Made by a program: the position numbers and the translations under genes. A stretch of 23,808 nt of DNA from Magnetococcales bacterium (lineage in GTDB: Bacteria; Pseudomonadota; Magnetococcia; Magnetococcales; UBA8363). Under the pieces are notes generated by a model. It was not told the DNA's origin, did not search any database, and worked only from the letters and a program-made list of their open reading frames with translations. The stretch spans positions 1 through 23,808 of the forward strand of contig JACSDG010000107.1 in the NCBI GenBank assembly GCA_015660855.1. Direction: 5' to 3'. Of the stretch, positions 1 to 9,138 are shown in pieces. Positions within the stretch are counted from its first letter, which is position 1, and every line of letters starts with the position of its first letter.

Positions 1-98
1 TGGGACGCCAAGAACCGACGCCGTCTCTGAAATACCAAGCAACGGCTGTTTAATGGGTGAAAAACCTGTCAAGCGGGGAAAAACTTGAACATCGAGTG

Positions 99-833
99 TT
101 AGCCATCCATTTTTTTTTGCAAAACCATCCAGGCGAAGGTGTAGTCGCGGTCAAGAAAATGGATGACGCGCTCACTGGCATCAAAATTCAAGGTTCCCAC
201 GGGAAACAATTGGCAGGTTTGAGCCTGTCGCATAAAATGCTCCAATTCCTGACGGGAAAAAATCATCCAATCCATGCCAAACAATTCAATTCCCGTGGTG
301 TCCAACTTTTCCGGCCAATAATCGACCGAGGCCAAAAAATAACCACCGGGCCGCAACAAACGTTTGATCTCTCCCAATAAGGCTGCGGTATTCAAACCAT
401 GTTCAATCACCGAGATGGCCGTAATGGCGGCAAAAGATTCATTCGCAAAAGAGGTGTGCATAAAATTGCCCACCGCATAACGAATGCCCTCCCCCTTGGG
501 CATACGCAGCACCTCTGGATTAAGGTCCACCCCCGTCAAACAGGAAAATCCCAAACGATGCAATACCCCAATGATTTCCGAACCGTAGGCACCGATATCC
601 AAAATTGGATCTTTTTTTTCCAGATATCGCAGGATAAATTCAACACTGTTGAGCAGATCCCAACTTTTACCCCGATCACCCACAAACGGTGCCCGGGTCA
701 ACTTGAAACGTCGCGCCCAACGCAACCATTGGGGACTCAAGCAAGATAGATCTCGCGCTTTCAATACCCCATAAGCCTTTTCAACCTCCCCCTGGTTTTG
801 CAATACCAGGAGCCCTTTTATATTTTCGTTCAT
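99..833 (-). CDS. Class I SAM-dependent methyltransferase (Methyltransf_11/12-like)
   Basis: ORF track 99..869. Motif I 'LDIGAYGSE' and post-I 'LRPGGYFL' are typical of Rossmann SAM methyltransferases. The preferred start is the ATG at 833 (MNENIKG...): an AGAGGA SD sits 4 nt upstream and the ATG overlaps the upstream FkbM stop as ATGA (830-833). The alternative start at 869 has no SD. An A8 run (612-619) encodes EKK inside the gene. Confidence 0.7.
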   Translation of the reverse strand: MNENIKGLLVLQNQGEVEKAYGVLKARDLSCLSPQWLRWARRFKLTRAPFVGDRGKSWDLLNSVEFILRYLEKKDPILDIGAYGSEIIGVLHRLGFSCLTGVDLNPEVLRMPKGEGIRYAVGNFMHTSFANESFAAITAISVIEHGLNTAALLGEIKRLLRPGGYFLASVDYWPEKLDTTGIELFGMDWMIFSRQELEHFMRQAQTCQLFPVGTLNFDASERVIHFLDRDYTFAWMVLQKKMDG

Positions 834-1714
834 GGCATCCTCTGATCCGCCCCCGCCAAAGGTCGCCATTGGGGTAACAACAATACCGGCCCGATATAAA
901 AAAGATTCTCCCTGAATTCTGTATGTTCCTGGAAAAACATATCCAAGGCGCGATATTTTTTTTCCCGAAGCAGATCACCTATTTCCCGACCCGTCGTGCC
1001 AAACCTTTTCCAGGCGAAAGGGTGCATTTCGCAATAGATTTTACCATGGTGAAGCTTTTCCCAGGGCAAGCCGTGCAAAACCTGCATCTCCGCTCCCTCC
1101 ACATCAATCATGAGGAGATCGACCCGGTCGATGCCATGTTTCTCCAACAGGGTCGTCAACGTCGTGACTGTTACCGTTTCTGCATGGGAAGATGGTTTTT
1201 CGGTAAGAAAGCTTTCATTGCCGCGACCTTGGATGGATCCTTGCCCGTCATAATCGGCCACCGCCACGTTTTCGCAGATGACGGTATCTTGCAGACCGTT
1301 TAAACGAACATTTTCCTTAAGTATGGCAAATTGCCCCGCATGCGGTTCCACGGCAAGCACCTGGCCGCCTTTTTCCTGAATGATTTTTCCCAGGATCACG
1401 GCGTAGACACCGTGAAAGGCACCGACATCGACAAACACCGGCCTTCCCGGCAGGCTCAGGGCATCGCAGACCACCGCCAGGGTTTGAACATGGTCGGCAT
1501 GAGCGACGATTCCCTCCAGGAGATGTCCAGCACCGAACGCTGCCGGGTCAAACGTTTGCGAAGCCGCCGAGAAGCGGTACTCTCTGCCGAAGACACCGAC
1601 TTTTCGCCCCCCCATGAAAACCCACCAAGGTTTGACCAGACCGGTGTGCATGATGCGAAGCAGACGCCTGAAAATTCGCCCATGAAGGGATGGGATCGAG
1701 GAATTGACCATCAT
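830..1714 (-). CDS. FkbM-family methyltransferase
   Basis: 294-aa ORF with 'VFVDVGAFHGVYA' and 'LLMIDVEGAEMQVL' motifs characteristic of the FkbM methyltransferase family. The start ATG at 1714 overlaps the stop of the upstream GT as ATGA (1711-1714). An A8 tract (956-963) encodes EKK near the C-terminus. Confidence 0.7.
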   Translation of the reverse strand: MMVNSSIPSLHGRIFRRLLRIMHTGLVKPWWVFMGGRKVGVFGREYRFSAASQTFDPAAFGAGHLLEGIVAHADHVQTLAVVCDALSLPGRPVFVDVGAFHGVYAVILGKIIQEKGGQVLAVEPHAGQFAILKENVRLNGLQDTVICENVAVADYDGQGSIQGRGNESFLTEKPSSHAETVTVTTLTTLLEKHGIDRVDLLMIDVEGAEMQVLHGLPWEKLHHGKIYCEMHPFAWKRFGTTGREIGDLLREKKYRALDMFFQEHTEFRENLFYIGPVLLLPQWRPLAGADQRMP

Positions 1715-2832
1715 ACAGGGACACCGAAATCGCGCCAGAATTGAAGTAACCGGTCAAACAGCCTGGCGGGGGTAAAATGGTTCTCCCAGACACGGCGTGC
1801 CACCCGCCCTGTTTCCGGAACAGTATGGGGGTGTTGACAACAATGGATCATGGCCCGTGCCAGATCCCAGGTATCGGCACGACGGACGACCCAGCCCCCT
1901 CCCAGTTGTTCCAATACTTCACGGCTGGATCCCACATCGGTGGCAATCACCGGCCTGCCACGCGACATCAGTTCCAGCATGACCAAACCAAAACCTTCAA
2001 AAATGGAAGATAACAGCCCCACATCGATGGATTCCACCAGATCATCCATTTCCTGCCGCTGGTAGCCGCCGTGGAAAGACACACGAGCTGCCAGTCCCAG
2101 GCTGTCCACGAGTTCCCGGGCGGAACAGGCTTCGGGTCCATCGCCAAAAAAGTGCAGCTCGGCGTCATGTCCCGCCTCGATCACCTGCGCAAAGGCCCCG
2201 ATAACGAAGGGGATTCCTTTCATGGAATAAAGCCTGCCAAATTGCCCGAAACGCAGCGTGCCCTGTTGGCGTGCGGGCAGGGGCATCCGAAGCGGGGGTG
2301 CCGATGCGGGCCAAAGAGGTCGCACCGGACAGGAGAGACGATAATGGTCGGCAGCCCCAAGGGACTGACGGCGACCATGTACCGACAGACCGGAGATTCG
2401 AGCGCAAACCTGAAACCAGAGGGGGTGGTAATGAGGGGTGCGGGCTGAAGCCTCGCCCGGATCATGCACAAAAAAAGGGGGGGCATCGACAGGCATGATC
2501 GCCAGGGCGGCACAGGTCATTTGGGCGTTGTCGGGAGACCAGACGAGGGTGGGACGATGACGGCGCACAAACCACCACAGACGCCAGGCCAGCCAATAAT
2601 GGGGTGCCAGCCGACCGGTCAAAAACCAAAAGCCGGGTTGATGCACCCGTACACCGGCGTGGTCCAAAAATGTCCGCCATGCCGAGCGGCCAGGGTGATA
2701 ACACGCACTGAACAAATCCACCCGCCAACCACGCCGAACCGCCTCTTCCATCACCAGAGCAGCCAGAGTTTCCGTGCCGTGGGGAAAGTCCATCTCGTTG
2801 ATGACCATGACCATGGCGTATCGATTTTGCAT
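1711..2832 (-). CDS. Glycosyltransferase family 4 (GT-B, retaining type)
   Basis: 373-aa ORF. The C-terminal block 'EGFGLVMLELMSRGRPVIATDVGSSREVL' is the canonical GT4/GT1 E-x7-E region. The N-terminus 'MVMVINEMDFPHGTETLAALVMEEAVRRGWRV' matches the GT4 N-domain. A GGGAGA SD lies 8 nt upstream of the ATG at 2832. Confidence 0.8.
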   Translation of the reverse strand: MQNRYAMVMVINEMDFPHGTETLAALVMEEAVRRGWRVDLFSACYHPGRSAWRTFLDHAGVRVHQPGFWFLTGRLAPHYWLAWRLWWFVRRHRPTLVWSPDNAQMTCAALAIMPVDAPPFFVHDPGEASARTPHYHPLWFQVCARISGLSVHGRRQSLGAADHYRLSCPVRPLWPASAPPLRMPLPARQQGTLRFGQFGRLYSMKGIPFVIGAFAQVIEAGHDAELHFFGDGPEACSARELVDSLGLAARVSFHGGYQRQEMDDLVESIDVGLLSSIFEGFGLVMLELMSRGRPVIATDVGSSREVLEQLGGGWVVRRADTWDLARAMIHCCQHPHTVPETGRVARRVWENHFTPARLFDRLLQFWRDFGVPV

Positions 2833-2882
2833 GGCCGTTTTCTCCCACCTGTCAGTTTCAAGAGTCGGAAATCAATCCATTT

Positions 2883-4004
2883 TCAAGCAAACATCTCCGC
2901 CAATTTTTCTCCACGCTTTTCCCATGTGTGGAATTTCGACTCCCCAAAGCGCGCCGCACGCAAACCATCATCAAATTGCCGCGCTGCCAATGATACAAGG
3001 GTTTCCGTCAGTTGTACCGGGGTTCGGCACATAGTGACCCAAGGTTCAAACTCTTCGAGTTGGCGGCAACCAGGGGTCGCCAGAATGGGCTGGCCGAACG
3101 GCAGTTGACAAAACAACCGTACCGGACTGGATGCGGGGTTAATCCCTTCATTTTTGAAGGGAATCAACGCAACATCGAAAGATGCGGCAAAATCAAACAG
3201 TCTTTCATAGGGAATGTACCCTGTAAAACAGCAGCGCGGATGCGATTGAAGATAAATAAAATCGACCTGATCTTCGGGATGAATGTTTTCGACAGGCCCA
3301 ACAAAAACCCAATGGAGCCAAGGCAAAGTTTCCACCGCCTGACGCAACCAGGCAATATGCAACCGACTGGAAAAAGTTCCCAGAACCCCCGCCAAAGGCC
3401 TGAAGGTGGAAGGTACAGGTTGTGGAGAGGGTAGAGGAATGGAAGAAAACTGTTGGGGAATGGCGGCTTCCGGTACCCCATTGGGGACAATGAGAATGCG
3501 ATCCCGGGGCATGTGGTACAACATTTCAAACCGTTCCGCCAATGCTTTTGACACCACAATGACCCGTTGCACTTTTGTAACGATACGGCTTTCCCAGGTT
3601 CGGACATGATCGCTGGACCAACCATAGGCGGTGGAAAAATCATCGCTGGCGTAATAGATCGCCCAAGGGCAACGCAACCCGGACAAAATGCCCCATTGAT
3701 TGGGAAAGGTAAGGACAACCGCTCCGGGATTGGGACAAACCCGGCGGATGGCCAATCCGGTCAGCGGCGACATCCAGTGGGAGAACCGACCCAAGGCGTG
3801 GGATGGAAGAAAAATTTTGTGTTGTGACCAGCCGACCTGTGGCACCGCCTTGGGGTTAGCCAACCAGTGCCAAGCATGCAACTCTGGACCCAGTCCCATG
3901 GTTGGCATCCGTGCTCCCAAAGCTTTAAAGGGTTCACGAATCCAAACGTTTTTCGTATCCAGGACAAGAATCGGTCCAATCATGGGGGGCTTCAGTCGGA
4001 ACAT
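2883..4004 (-). CDS. Glycosyltransferase (GT-B fold, GT4-like)
   Basis: 373-aa ORF. The N-terminus 'MIGPILVLDT' and the C-terminal block 'DVALIPFKNEGINPASSPVRLFCQLPFGQPILATP' fit a GT-B nucleotide-sugar-binding domain. An AAGGG SD precedes the ATG at 4004. It is the first gene of the operon, directly downstream (same strand) of tRNA-Lys. Confidence 0.65.
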   Translation of the reverse strand: MFRLKPPMIGPILVLDTKNVWIREPFKALGARMPTMGLGPELHAWHWLANPKAVPQVGWSQHKIFLPSHALGRFSHWMSPLTGLAIRRVCPNPGAVVLTFPNQWGILSGLRCPWAIYYASDDFSTAYGWSSDHVRTWESRIVTKVQRVIVVSKALAERFEMLYHMPRDRILIVPNGVPEAAIPQQFSSIPLPSPQPVPSTFRPLAGVLGTFSSRLHIAWLRQAVETLPWLHWVFVGPVENIHPEDQVDFIYLQSHPRCCFTGYIPYERLFDFAASFDVALIPFKNEGINPASSPVRLFCQLPFGQPILATPGCRQLEEFEPWVTMCRTPVQLTETLVSLAARQFDDGLRAARFGESKFHTWEKRGEKLAEMFA

Positions 4005-4094
4005 GCCGCCCTTCGGGCAAAAACCAAAACCTTGGCGGGCTGCCGCCTCCGAAACGTGAACGTCTGGCGGGTGGGGTTAAACCCCTGTTTTTAT

Positions 4095-4170
<76 letters not shown>

Positions 4171-4239
4171 AAAAAAACCGGCAGACAATCCCGCCCGGAG
4201 CACCACGTCTCGAAACAACATCCCCGAAGATCCGGCGGC

Positions 4240-4269
4240 ATTATGTGGGGTTGATAGCTTTAAAGTCAA
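4240..4269 (-). promoter_or_regulatory. Candidate sigma70-type promoter for tRNA-Lys / downstream glycan operon
   Basis: On the minus strand TTGACT (plus 4264-4269) is followed by an 18-nt spacer and CATAAT (plus 4240-4245). The predicted TSS is ~60 nt upstream of the tRNA 5' end. This is a sequence match only. Confidence 0.3.
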
Positions 4270-4537
4270 GCATTGTCGTTTAAGCCTGATACGTTCGTGG
4301 GTTGCCCCAGAGGTCCATAATGGCATCTTCTTAGTTGGGCAAGAATTGGCCACGACAAGTTCTACAACTGGTGCGACCGCTACGGCCAGAGCCATTGCCA
4401 CAACGGTTCTACTCTAAAGGAATTCTTTGGTTGGAAGAGCGAGAAAAAGCCGCGATAATAACAATTTATCACGAATATCGAAAAGACGGCTATCGGAAAT
4501 GGCCTTTTGTCGGATTTCCGCTAAACCAGCACAAGAG

Positions 4538-4589
4538 AAAAAAAAAGCCAGGGGCCGATAGAGGGGGGAGAGGGTAACCGGCCCCTGGC
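4538..4589 (-). terminator. Rho-independent terminator (minus strand)
   Basis: A perfect 11-bp GC-rich stem (GCCAGGGGCCG 4547-4557 and CGGCCCCTGGC 4579-4589) encloses a 21-nt loop. On the minus strand it is followed immediately by a T9 run (plus A9 at 4538-4546). Confidence 0.6.
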
Positions 4590-4640
4590 CATAGGCGTGA
4601 ATAAACACAACCTATGTCAAACAGCTCACGAAGGAGCTAA

Positions 4641-4678
4641 GCCAGGGACGGATGAAGGGGGGTACGCCCGTCCCTGGC
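4641..4678. repeat. GC-rich palindromic element, second copy of the hairpin at 4547-4589
   Basis: An 11-bp perfect stem (GCCAGGGACGG 4641-4651 and CCGTCCCTGGC 4668-4678) with a 16-nt loop. Both copies carry a GGGGGG in the loop. The two copies share the arm consensus GCCAGGGRCSG, so this may be a REP-like element or part of a structured sRNA. Confidence 0.45.
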
Positions 4679-4835
4679 AAGGACGGAGACTTTCATCTCA
4701 CATCCTCACGTCAACCGGGAAGCCCACACCGGTTAAGTCAAAAACAAATCCCGCACACTGTGTCCAGCACTACCATCCTGCCTGAGCAACCTTCTATTAA
4801 CGTATTATCAAGATTCGGACCATATTTTAATATCA

Positions 4836-4848
4836 TTAAATATCAATA
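4836..4848. repeat. 13-nt exact direct repeat TTAAATATCAATA (copy 1) in an AT-rich tract
   Basis: An exact copy recurs at 4958-4970, 122 bp away. Its function is unknown. It may be a protein-binding site or chance in AT-rich DNA. Confidence 0.35.
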
Positions 4849-4957
4849 CGATACAATACAGAATCGTCGGAAATCCCTTGCCTGTGTTATTTTTTTTTCC
4901 AGATTGCCCGCGAATTAAAGAAAAAAATGGGGACAAAATGTTCATAACATTTTGATT

Positions 4958-4970
4958 TTAAATATCAATA
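4958..4970. repeat. 13-nt exact direct repeat TTAAATATCAATA (copy 2)
   Basis: Identical to 4836-4848. It lies adjacent to the palindrome ATGTTcatAACAT (4938-4950). Confidence 0.35.
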
Positions 4971-5041
4971 AAAGAAAATGTAATTTTTTTTCCGAAAGGA
5001 TCAACATGTGCAAAATTCGACACTAGGTTGAAATTTGCCCC

Positions 5042-8000
5042 TTAAAGGATTTTAGTCGGCGCAACCCCAGACTTTTTTCCCCCAAGAAAATCGAGCATCC
5101 GTTCCAAATGTTGCAGGCGCAACAGAGGATCTTCCCAGTACCGCTCACGAAAAGTAAGCAGATTTTTCTCCTGGTTAAACACCACCGAACCTCCACCCTG
5201 GCGAATCATGTCGATCAAAACGGCAGGCTGAATGTTGGGCTGGGAATGAAAGGTCAGGACGGCCCCTTTGGGACCCGCTTCCAGTTTGAGTACCTTGAGT
5301 TTGATACACCTTCGCTTGATGGCCACCACCTTCAATAAATTTTCCACCGAATCGGGCAGAGAGCCAAAACGATCGGTAAACTCCACCTTCATCTCCGCTG
5401 TTTCATCAGGCGTTTTTAATTCGGCCACCCGTTTGTACATGGTCAATCGTAAATTCATGTCGGTGATGTAAGTGTCGGGAATGTTGGTGGAAAGATTCAG
5501 ATTGATGATGGGGACAATTTCTTCCTCCTGGGGGCTGCCACCCCGATCGGCCATCGTCCCCGCACCATAAGCCTCCACCGCTTCCTTCAACATTTGGTTG
5601 TACAGTTCAAAACCTATTTCCTTGATGTGTCCCGATTGTTCTTCCCCCAACACGTTGCCTACGCCACGAATTTCCATGTCGTGGCTGGCAAGCATGAAAC
5701 CCGATCCCAACTCCCCCAAAGCTTCGATGGCCTCCAGACGTTTACGAGCATCGGCGGATTGGGCCTGAATGGGGGGGGTGAGCAGATAGGCATAAGCCCG
5801 GTGTCGCGAACGCCCCACCCGTCCGCGCAACTGGTGCAATTGGGCCAGACCAAAATGATCGGCCCGATGGATGATGATGGTATTGGCACTGGGAATGTCA
5901 ACCCCGTTCTCAATGATGGTGGTACACAGCAACAAGTTGAATTCCTGGCGATAAAAGGCCACCATGATCCGTTCAAGGCGACCAACGGGCATTTGACCGT
6001 GGGCGATGCCGATTTTGGCTTCGGGGACCAGTTCTGCGATGCGGATGGCCATGCGTTCAATTTCCTGGACCTTGTTGAACACATAAAACACCTGACCACC
6101 ACGATAAATTTCCCTGAGAATCGCCTCACGGATACGGGCGGAATTGTATTCAGTGACAAAGGTACGGATTGCCAGGCGATTGGTTGGGGGGGTGGCAATG
6201 ATGGATATGTCGCGAATGCCCGACATGGCCATATGCAAGGTGCGGGGAATGGGGGTTGCGGTCAAGGTCAGAATATCAACGTTGGCGCGCATGGCTTTAA
6301 TGCGTTCCTTGTGGCTGACACCAAAACGTTGCTCTTCATCAACTATGAGCAACCCCAAATCTTTGAAAGCGATGTCCTTTTGCAGCAGGCGATGGGTGCC
6401 GATGACAATATCCGCCTTGCCCTCACCAATTTTTTCCGCAAGTTCATCCATTTGTTTTGCGGTGCGAAACCGAGACATCATGGCGACGTTGACGGGATAG
6501 GGGGAAAACCGTCGGGAAAAAGTTTCGTAGTGTTGTTGCGCCAGAATGGTCGTGGGGGTAAGAACGGCCACCTGCTTGCCATCCATGACGCAACGAAACG
6601 CCGCACGCAAAGCCACCTCGGTCTTGCCAAACCCGACATCGCCGCAAATCAACCGGTCCATGGGACGCAACGAGGCCATGTCCGACAATACCGCTTCGAT
6701 GGCCTGGGCCTGATCGGGAGTTTCATCGTAGGGAAACGCAGTGGCAAATTCATGGTCCACGGCATGGGGACTGGAAAACCGGATTCCTTTGGCGGTTTCA
6801 CGCTTGGCTTGCACTTCGACCAGTTCCGCCGCCATTTCCAATAATTTTTTCTGGACCTTTTGGCGGGTTTTTTTCCATTTAGTCCCCCCCAGTTTGTCCA
6901 GAATCACTTCGTCAGACCCGGCGTATTTGCTGACCCGGTCCAGGTTTTCCACCGGCACGTAGAGTTTATCCGACCCGGCGTAGGTCAAAAGGAGAAAATC
7001 GTTTTGAATCCCCCCCACCGCCAAAGTATGCAATCCCCCGAAACAACCAATGCCATGGTCGGCATGAACGACAAAACTGCCCTCCTTCAAATTGCGAAAG
7101 GTGGCCAGGATACGGTCCAGGTATTGGGGATCGGTATGTTTGCGACGTGCCCTGGTTCCCAAAACGGCGTCTTCGTTGAAGACCGCCAGTCGCAGACCCG
7201 CATGGACAAAACCACTGGCCAAGTCCCCCAAAACCAATTGTATACGCTTGGAAGAAACCAACAGGGCATCCTGCCAACTTGCGGCACTTTCAGTCTTATG
7301 ACCATGATCGGCCAGCAATTCGGCCACCCGATCCCGTTGCCCCATGGAACGGGTGGAAATCACAATGCGGTGCTGCTGTTTTTGTTGCGTCTGAATAAAG
7401 TTGACAACCCGTTCCACCACGGAATGTCCCGACAGAACATCCTCGCCGGCAGGATCAAAAAAATCGGGAACGCGGTCAAATCCCAGAGAACAACCAGGTT
7501 CATCGGGATTGTCCTTGATTTGCAGTACCTGAAAATGCGCCAAAGATGCAAAAAGTTGCTGTGCCGTGATATAGAATCGGTGGACCGGCAACAGGCGCAG
7601 ATGGGACGCATCTTCTTCCTTGAGCAACAATTCCCTTTGGTTATTCACTTTTTCCTCGAAAGCGACCCCAGCCGGTTCCACATCGGCATCGAGAAGAATT
7701 TGGCTGCCTTCGGGAAGATAATCGACCAAAAGGTCGGTGGTGTCGTAGAACAGCGGCAAAAACCGCTCCATCCCCTGAAATTTTCCCCCGGTGGAAACCA
7801 CCTTGTAAATTTCATCGCTGGCCGCCTTGCCGCCAAAGGTTTCCCGGTAGAAAGTGCGAAAACAACGGATGGTCTCCTCGGTCAAAAGAACCTCGCTCAT
7901 GGGCAAGGTCTCAACCTTGGAATTTCTTTGGGTGGAACGTTGGGTTTGGATGTCAAAATGGCGGATGGTTTCCACCTGGTCGCCAAAAAGTTCCACCCGC

Positions 8001-8623
8001 ACCGGTTCTTCATAGCCGGGAGGAAACAGATCGATGATGCCACCACGCGCGGCGAATTCACCCGGTTCTTCAATCTGGGCGGAGGATCGGTAGCCGGAGG
8101 CGATTAAAAATTGTTTGAAGGCGGGAAGATCAATCTGATCCGATTCCCGGATGGCAAATCCATGTTGCGCCAAGAGATGCCGGGGCATGAGTCTTTGCAT
8201 CAGGGCCATGGGGGTCGTAATGATGATGGCTTGTTGGTATCCCGCATTATTTTCGGGGCGAACCACGCCAAATCCAAGCATTTGGGTCAGACGATACAGG
8301 GTGGCAATGCGTTCACCGACGATGGGACCATAGGGTGACAAAGGTTCAAACGGCAATATTTCCCACGCCGGAAAAGGGAGAATGGCGACGGGACGGTGTC
8401 GATCCCCCTGAAACAACAACAACTCTCGATAGATAGCCTCGGCCCGTGTGGTTTTTCCGGTGACGATGACCAGGGGGCTTGTGCGGGTCGCCGCCCACTC
8501 TTTGACAAACAAACTCAGCGTCGCCCCCGGCAAATCTTTCAGCACACCGAAAGGGTGACCAGGTGTTTTGGGCAGGGGAGCCAACAGTTTGGAAAACAGG
8601 GAAGCGAACGGGCTTGGATCCAT
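5042..8623 (-). CDS. mfd: Transcription-repair coupling factor Mfd
   Basis: 1193-aa ORF. It has an SF2 helicase core with Walker A 'GDVGFGKTEVALRAAF' and motif II 'LLIVDEEQRFGVSHKE'. The UvrB-homology N-terminus, RNA-polymerase-interacting region, TRG motif region and C-terminal D7 domain follow in the expected order. The length is typical for Mfd. Confidence 0.95.
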   Translation of the reverse strand: MDPSPFASLFSKLLAPLPKTPGHPFGVLKDLPGATLSLFVKEWAATRTSPLVIVTGKTTRAEAIYRELLLFQGDRHRPVAILPFPAWEILPFEPLSPYGPIVGERIATLYRLTQMLGFGVVRPENNAGYQQAIIITTPMALMQRLMPRHLLAQHGFAIRESDQIDLPAFKQFLIASGYRSSAQIEEPGEFAARGGIIDLFPPGYEEPVRVELFGDQVETIRHFDIQTQRSTQRNSKVETLPMSEVLLTEETIRCFRTFYRETFGGKAASDEIYKVVSTGGKFQGMERFLPLFYDTTDLLVDYLPEGSQILLDADVEPAGVAFEEKVNNQRELLLKEEDASHLRLLPVHRFYITAQQLFASLAHFQVLQIKDNPDEPGCSLGFDRVPDFFDPAGEDVLSGHSVVERVVNFIQTQQKQQHRIVISTRSMGQRDRVAELLADHGHKTESAASWQDALLVSSKRIQLVLGDLASGFVHAGLRLAVFNEDAVLGTRARRKHTDPQYLDRILATFRNLKEGSFVVHADHGIGCFGGLHTLAVGGIQNDFLLLTYAGSDKLYVPVENLDRVSKYAGSDEVILDKLGGTKWKKTRQKVQKKLLEMAAELVEVQAKRETAKGIRFSSPHAVDHEFATAFPYDETPDQAQAIEAVLSDMASLRPMDRLICGDVGFGKTEVALRAAFRCVMDGKQVAVLTPTTILAQQHYETFSRRFSPYPVNVAMMSRFRTAKQMDELAEKIGEGKADIVIGTHRLLQKDIAFKDLGLLIVDEEQRFGVSHKERIKAMRANVDILTLTATPIPRTLHMAMSGIRDISIIATPPTNRLAIRTFVTEYNSARIREAILREIYRGGQVFYVFNKVQEIERMAIRIAELVPEAKIGIAHGQMPVGRLERIMVAFYRQEFNLLLCTTIIENGVDIPSANTIIIHRADHFGLAQLHQLRGRVGRSRHRAYAYLLTPPIQAQSADARKRLEAIEALGELGSGFMLASHDMEIRGVGNVLGEEQSGHIKEIGFELYNQMLKEAVEAYGAGTMADRGGSPQEEEIVPIINLNLSTNIPDTYITDMNLRLTMYKRVAELKTPDETAEMKVEFTDRFGSLPDSVENLLKVVAIKRRCIKLKVLKLEAGPKGAVLTFHSQPNIQPAVLIDMIRQGGGSVVFNQEKNLLTFRERYWEDPLLRLQHLERMLDFLGGKKSGVAPTKIL

Positions 8624-8877
8624 AAGGCGTCAGTAACAACCACCATCGGCTTGCAGGACAGATCGATGGGGCATGGGTTAAGGTGGATTTGAGTGGGGAT
8701 GGTCGGACTGTTTAGGGCCCCTGGTCAAGGAATCATGATCAAATGACCCGCAATTATCGCCGCACCATTGGAAAAACCCTACCGGCTGACCCTGTCGGTT
8801 TGGGTTGACATGGGCGAAAAAACGTTTCAAAACTCAGCCAGATATTCAAGCTGAACAACCAACTGGAGGTCCATTCC

Positions 8878-9138
8878 ATGTCGCAAACTCAATGGTCCCT
8901 GCAAGATGCCAAAAATCGCTTCAGCCGTGTCGTTAAAGCCGCGCAGCAAGGTTACCCACAGACGGTTACCAAGCGTGGCATCCCTGCTGTCGTCGTTATC
9001 GCCACCGAAGAATACGAACGCCTGCAATGTCTCGAAAAAAGGCATCTTCCTTCGTTTATCGACCACCTCCTGGCGATACCGAAGGATGATGAGAGTTTTG
9101 AAAGCTCGATCATTCAACCTCGAAATTTAATTTTGTGA
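8878..9138 (+). CDS. Type II toxin-antitoxin system Phd/YefM-family antitoxin, apparently orphan
   Basis: 86-aa protein 'MSQTQWSLQDAKNRFSRVVKAAQQGYPQTVTKRGIPAVVVIATEEYERLQ' matches the Phd/YefM (VapB-type) antitoxin N-domain pattern (W-LQ-AK--FS-vv--A--G-PQ-vT--G-PaVVV----EYERL). A GGAGG SD lies 8 nt upstream (8865-8869). A possible -35 TTGACA is at 8805-8810. No PIN or ParE/RelE toxin ORF follows. Confidence 0.75.
   Translation: MSQTQWSLQDAKNRFSRVVKAAQQGYPQTVTKRGIPAVVVIATEEYERLQCLEKRHLPSFIDHLLAIPKDDESFESSIIQPRNLIL

Noticed and set aside
57-749. Plus-strand ORFs 57..380 and 399..749 opposite the SAM methyltransferase
   Set aside because: They are antisense to a well-supported CDS with no domain signal.
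5768-5775. G8 run inside mfd (and G7 at ~6186-6192) as phase-variation sites
   Set aside because: mfd is a housekeeping gene. Isolated G7-8 runs in a GC-rich gene are not compelling, and there is no second associated tract.
5594-8107. Two long plus-strand ORFs (5594..6844, 416 aa; 6860..8107, 415 aa) antisense to mfd
   Set aside because: They lie entirely within the strongly supported mfd coding region on the opposite strand. Their translations are low-complexity Gly/Arg/His-rich with no motifs. They are shadow ORFs typical of GC-rich DNA.
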